DNA from: a virus
Reading direction: 5' to 3' (one strand)
DNA length: 64,000 bases
Virus record (IMG/VR): IMGVR_UViG_3300044470_000123
Span: 4,106 to 68,105 of that record
Position numbers and translations under genes: made by a program. Of the stretch, positions 60,934-64,000 are shown piece by piece. The notes beneath the pieces were generated by a model, which was given only the letters and a program-made list of their open reading frames with translations, did no database searches and had not been told where the DNA came from. How positions within the stretch are numbered: the stretch's first letter is position 1; each line of letters opens with the position of its first letter.

Positions 60934-61584
60934 TTAGCACTGCTCCTCTGAAAAGTCGAAAGAATCGATATAGTTTAACATTACTTTATGTGAAAACTTA
61001 GCATAGGCCATTTCAGGTGAAAATTTACCACTATATGGAGTAGGCTTAGTATATCTTAACTGTGTGGATTTACTAGGTTTAGGAGCTTCTTGTTTACCAA
61101 AAAATCCTTGATTATTCAAAATGGACATATAGGTGGCTTCTTTTAGAGCTACATTAAGTTCATCGTATAACTCTTGTTCAGTCACAGGTTTACCTTGAAA
61201 GTGACTTACTAGTTTTTTCTTTATTTCTGGGGTAATCTGTCTAAAGACATTTTTAAGCATAGCTATTTTAGCTGTGTCTAGGTCTGGTGGTACATATTTT
61301 CCTTTATCCACAGAGTACAGTAGCCCCAGTATTTTAGGTACAGTTGTAGCCTCTCCTCCGAACAAGCTAAGAATATAGTTTATAACGTTTTTAGAAACTT
61401 CTTCTCTACCTACGAATTTGAATAAGGGTTGATTTCTATTCTCCCATATATCTCTTGCTGCTTCCTCAGTCTTATCTCCGAATCTATCTATAAGCTTCTC
61501 ATAAACTCTCTTAGATTCTTCCAGGAAGCCAGCTAGGACTGTTCTAAGGAAGAGTCGAAAAGTAGGAGAGGATATTGAGGACAT
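60934..61584 (-). CDS. Hypothetical protein
   Basis: 216-aa ORF downstream of a late motif, coupled to the next gene. Confidence 0.55.
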   Translation of the reverse strand: MSSISSPTFRLFLRTVLAGFLEESKRVYEKLIDRFGDKTEEAARDIWENRNQPLFKFVGREEVSKNVINYILSLFGGEATTVPKILGLLYSVDKGKYVPPDLDTAKIAMLKNVFRQITPEIKKKLVSHFQGKPVTEQELYDELNVALKEATYMSILNNQGFFGKQEAPKPSKSTQLRYTKPTPYSGKFSPEMAYAKFSHKVMLNYIDSFDFSEEQC

Positions 61585-61640
61585 AAAAAGTATTCCAAAT
61601 AAAGATAAACTACAGATAGAACTTCTTTTATAGTGGATAT

Positions 61641-61655
61641 TATTAAAAGGATATT
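61641..61655 (-). promoter_or_regulatory. Putative late promoter motif AATATCCTTTTAATA
   Basis: Recurrent motif, back-to-back with the divergent sigma70-type promoter. Confidence 0.6.
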
Positions 61656-61660
61656 AGGAC

Positions 61661-61689
61661 TTGATTTCCCTGTTTCAAAAAAGTATATT
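61661..61689 (+). promoter_or_regulatory. Sigma70-type early promoter TTGATT-17-TATATT
   Basis: TTGATTTCCCTGTTTCAAAAAAGTATATT; near-identical copy at 62364; SD GGAGG follows. Confidence 0.7.
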
Positions 61690-61707
61690 ATAAATGGAGG
61701 ATAATAA

Positions 61708-62013
61708 ATGAAGAAACCTTTAAAATATACTATGGCAGATATTAACAATCTTAAACAAACTATAGAACATAACTATAATCAAATGTTTATGGGACAATGG
61801 TTTAATACATATAGTATCTTAGGCAGCTCAGAAAATCTTTTAGAAATCCATAAAGATATTAAAAACGCCAGGAAAACTACAAAAGAAGATGTTAGAAAAC
61901 ATTTCACTGTATTTTATAATATTGTTTATAGATATAATCTTGAGCAACTTATCCCTTATTTAAATTCAGAGTTTGAGCCTATAATATATTGGAGATACAG
62001 TCTTGGAAAATAA
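61708..62013 (+). CDS. Paralog family member 1 (LExLIPYLNxEFEPIxxWRYSL C-motif)
   Basis: Shared C-terminal motif; SD GGAGG. Confidence 0.8.
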   Translation: MKKPLKYTMADINNLKQTIEHNYNQMFMGQWFNTYSILGSSENLLEIHKDIKNARKTTKEDVRKHFTVFYNIVYRYNLEQLIPYLNSEFEPIIYWRYSLGK

Positions 62014-62350
62014 AGATATATATTTTTCTATTGCAGAACTAACAGATTTAACGAGTCTTCTTTGGAATACTTGGAAAACTATTTATAAATATGAACGCAC
62101 TAAAAGATTTTATGTTCAGCTTCCAACTATATGCAAAGTTTTAAAATTTAGAATAAATTCCTCTAAAACTCCTGAACAGGCTAGAAATAAAATTTTTCGG
62201 ATAAAATATCGTATGAAAACTATAGACGCTATATATGATTATGACCTTATATTCAAGCTAATTTATGAACTATCTCTTGAGCAACTTATCCCCTACCTAA
62301 ACACAGAATTCGAACCTATAGTCTATTGGCGCTACAGTCTTAATAAATAA
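62003..62350 (+). CDS. Paralog family member 2
   Basis: Shared C-terminal motif; TTG start with GGAG 8 nt upstream. Confidence 0.75.
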   Translation: MENKDIYFSIAELTDLTSLLWNTWKTIYKYERTKRFYVQLPTICKVLKFRINSSKTPEQARNKIFRIKYRMKTIDAIYDYDLIFKLIYELSLEQLIPYLNTEFEPIVYWRYSLNK

Positions 62351-62363
62351 TCTTCTTTTATAT

Positions 62364-62392
62364 TTGATTTCCCTGTTTCAAAATAGTATATT
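62364..62392 (+). promoter_or_regulatory. Sigma70-type early promoter, duplicate of 61661
   Basis: TTGATTTCCCTGTTTCAAAATAGTATATT; ATG lies 8 nt after the -10, implying a leaderless mRNA. Confidence 0.7.
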
Positions 62393-62400
62393 ATAAACAT

Positions 62401-62724
62401 ATGAAAATAAACCCTACTATACTATCTACAGCTAAACGCAAAGCTTTGCAGTCCAACTGCAGGTATAAAATATCAGCACTTGGCTTCTCTCGTCGTAATG
62501 AGCTCATAGACTCAACTACTAACTATCACAGGTGGGATGGAAAAGGTAAAGGGCTTCATGCTGAAATGATACTTATGAAGCGGAATCCTCTTTCTCTTAA
62601 GAGTATTATAATTTGTAGGGTGAATCAGAATGGTGAGTTTCTTCCTATAGACCCGTGTCCGGTATGCTCACAGAAGGCTAAAGAGCTAAGTATAAAAATA
62701 TATACTATTAAAAGCAGTGACTAA
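62401..62724 (+). CDS. Zinc-dependent cytidine/dCMP-type deaminase-fold protein
   Basis: LHAEM...PIDPCPVC (HxE...PCxxC). Confidence 0.85.
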   Translation: MKINPTILSTAKRKALQSNCRYKISALGFSRRNELIDSTTNYHRWDGKGKGLHAEMILMKRNPLSLKSIIICRVNQNGEFLPIDPCPVCSQKAKELSIKIYTIKSSD

Positions 62725-62726
62725 CT

Positions 62727-63053
62727 ATGAACACTTATACCACTAAAGAGCTTGAAGATCTTAGACTCTATATGAATTATAATTATGCTTATTTAAATCT
62801 TACTAGAGTTTTTATTAAAAAAGATATTATGACCTATGAATCTCTAAATAATACTAAAGGACTTCTTAATAACTACAAGGATCCTGATATCATTTACAGT
62901 AAAATTCTAGAGTTTTCTAAACTTAGTGAAGCACATAGGCTCATATTTAATATCATCTATTCTAAAACCCTAGAAGAGCTTATACCTTATCTGAATACCG
63001 AATTTGAGCCTATAGTTGTGTGGAGGTACAGTCTAGAAAAGAAACAGATATGA
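62727..63053 (+). CDS. Paralog family member 3
   Basis: YTTKELEDL N-helix; LEELIPYLNTEFEPIVVWRYSL. Confidence 0.8.
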   Translation: MNTYTTKELEDLRLYMNYNYAYLNLTRVFIKKDIMTYESLNNTKGLLNNYKDPDIIYSKILEFSKLSEAHRLIFNIIYSKTLEELIPYLNTEFEPIVVWRYSLEKKQI

Positions 63054-63397
63054 TAGAGCCCACCTTAGAAGAACTTAGAGATCTGGCTTATATTTTGGAA
63101 TCTACTTGTAAATTTGAGCAAGTAAGTAAACAAGCAAGCAGAACTTACTATAAAAATTATTTTTATATTATAGGCAGTATTATAGAAGCAGACGGTGTAT
63201 CTCCTGAAACAATTAATTTCAGGATTAATAGAAAAGCTATTCAATCTTCAGATAACCCTAGAAAACAAAAAATTATTAGAAAAATATATGATTTAATTTA
63301 CGAGTGTTCCTTGGAGCAACTTATCCCTTATCTAAATACAGATTTTGAACCAATAGTCTATTGGAGATATAGTCTTTCAGGAAAATCAAATGAATAA
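63050..63397 (+). CDS. Paralog family member 4 (likely start ATG 63050, ATGA overlap)
   Basis: PTLEELRDL N-helix; LEQLIPYLNTDFEPIVYWRYSL. Confidence 0.78.
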   Translation: MIEPTLEELRDLAYILESTCKFEQVSKQASRTYYKNYFYIIGSIIEADGVSPETINFRINRKAIQSSDNPRKQKIIRKIYDLIYECSLEQLIPYLNTDFEPIVYWRYSLSGKSNE

Positions 63398-63698
63398 CTA
63401 CTCAAAAGAAGAATTAAATGACTTAAAAAACATAATAGCTAATCTAAATGATTTTAAAATTGAGCACTTTTTTTGGAATAATATACATATTATCTTGTCA
63501 CAATTTCAAAAACCAAAAAAAGTTAAACGCGAACTAAACAAATTAAAAAATATAGATCGTAATAGAATTTTTAAAAATAAGCACTATCCAACATTGTTTT
63601 ATAAAATACTATATGTTTATTCTTTAGAAAATCTTATCCCTTATCTTAATACAGAATTCGAACCTATAGTTTATTGGCGCTACAGTCTTAAGCACTAA
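63390..63698 (+). CDS. Paralog family member 5
   Basis: YSKEELNDL N-helix; LENLIPYLNTEFEPIVYWRYSL. Confidence 0.8.
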   Translation: MNNYSKEELNDLKNIIANLNDFKIEHFFWNNIHIILSQFQKPKKVKRELNKLKNIDRNRIFKNKHYPTLFYKILYVYSLENLIPYLNTEFEPIVYWRYSLKH

Positions 63699-64000
63699 GG
63701 AACTATAGTAAATGAAGCAGGCAGGTCAAAAGCCTCTGGTAGTACAGTAAAAGTAGCTGGTAAATCATTATTACAGTAGAAATAAATAAACTGAACAGCC
63801 CTATAACCACTATTAAGAACTTGGAAAGTATTCGTAATAGTTTGCACAGGTCCTGTAAGAGAAGTCTGATAGCTCCAAACGATATTATAATATCCGGTAG
63901 GCCAATCATCACCTACTATAAAATTAGCTCTATATACTCCCTGTGTTACCTTCTCTGGAATCCTGTTAATATTCCCCATAGGGATAAGTTCTGAACCGCT
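63695..64000 (-). CDS. Ig-like virion protein, 5' end beyond the window
   Basis: Frame open to the edge (SGSELIPMGN...); GVYRANF....WPTGYYNIVW resembles GQYYANS....ANIGDWIIRW of 60108-60932. Confidence 0.6.
   Translation of the reverse strand, partial: SGSELIPMGNINRIPEKVTQGVYRANFIVGDDWPTGYYNIVWSYQTSLTGPVQTITNTFQVLNSGYRAVQFIYFYCNNDLPATFTVLPEAFDLPASFTIVP

Noticed and set aside
61708-63698. CRISPR-like or DGR repeat array
   Set aside because: The repeats are in-frame coding sequence with mostly synonymous variation; no reverse transcriptase or adenine-specific variation is seen in the window.

Overview
AT-rich segment of a large (jumbo-type) myophage genome in the standard genetic code. It is dominated by a minus-strand late morphogenesis region: papain-like protease, PKD/collagen fibre proteins, baseplate proteins (J-like, gp25-like, hub, VgrG/gp5-like spike), a 3590-aa giant protein, tape measure, chaperones, tail tube, sheath and neck-type proteins. 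Several selfish or accessory elements are embedded in it: (1) an IscB nuclease with its omegaRNA between the tube and chaperone genes; (2) a 9-repeat Zn-finger/PD-(D/E)XK nuclease gene broken by one TAA, preceded by a ~145-nt RNA with two loop-loop kissing interactions; (3) an actin-like ATPase operon; (4) a LAGLIDADG-methyltransferase fusion; (5) a structural gene split by an atypical split intein with a Vsr-like endonuclease fused to the C-half; (6) a plus-strand early island of five paralogs with constant ends and variable middles, plus a deaminase. Two promoter classes are visible: a recurrent AATA-N6-TAATA motif before morphogenesis genes, and sigma70-type TTGA(C/T)(A/T)-17-TATATT before accessory genes. 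All product calls come from motifs read by eye and from gene order; no database searches were run.
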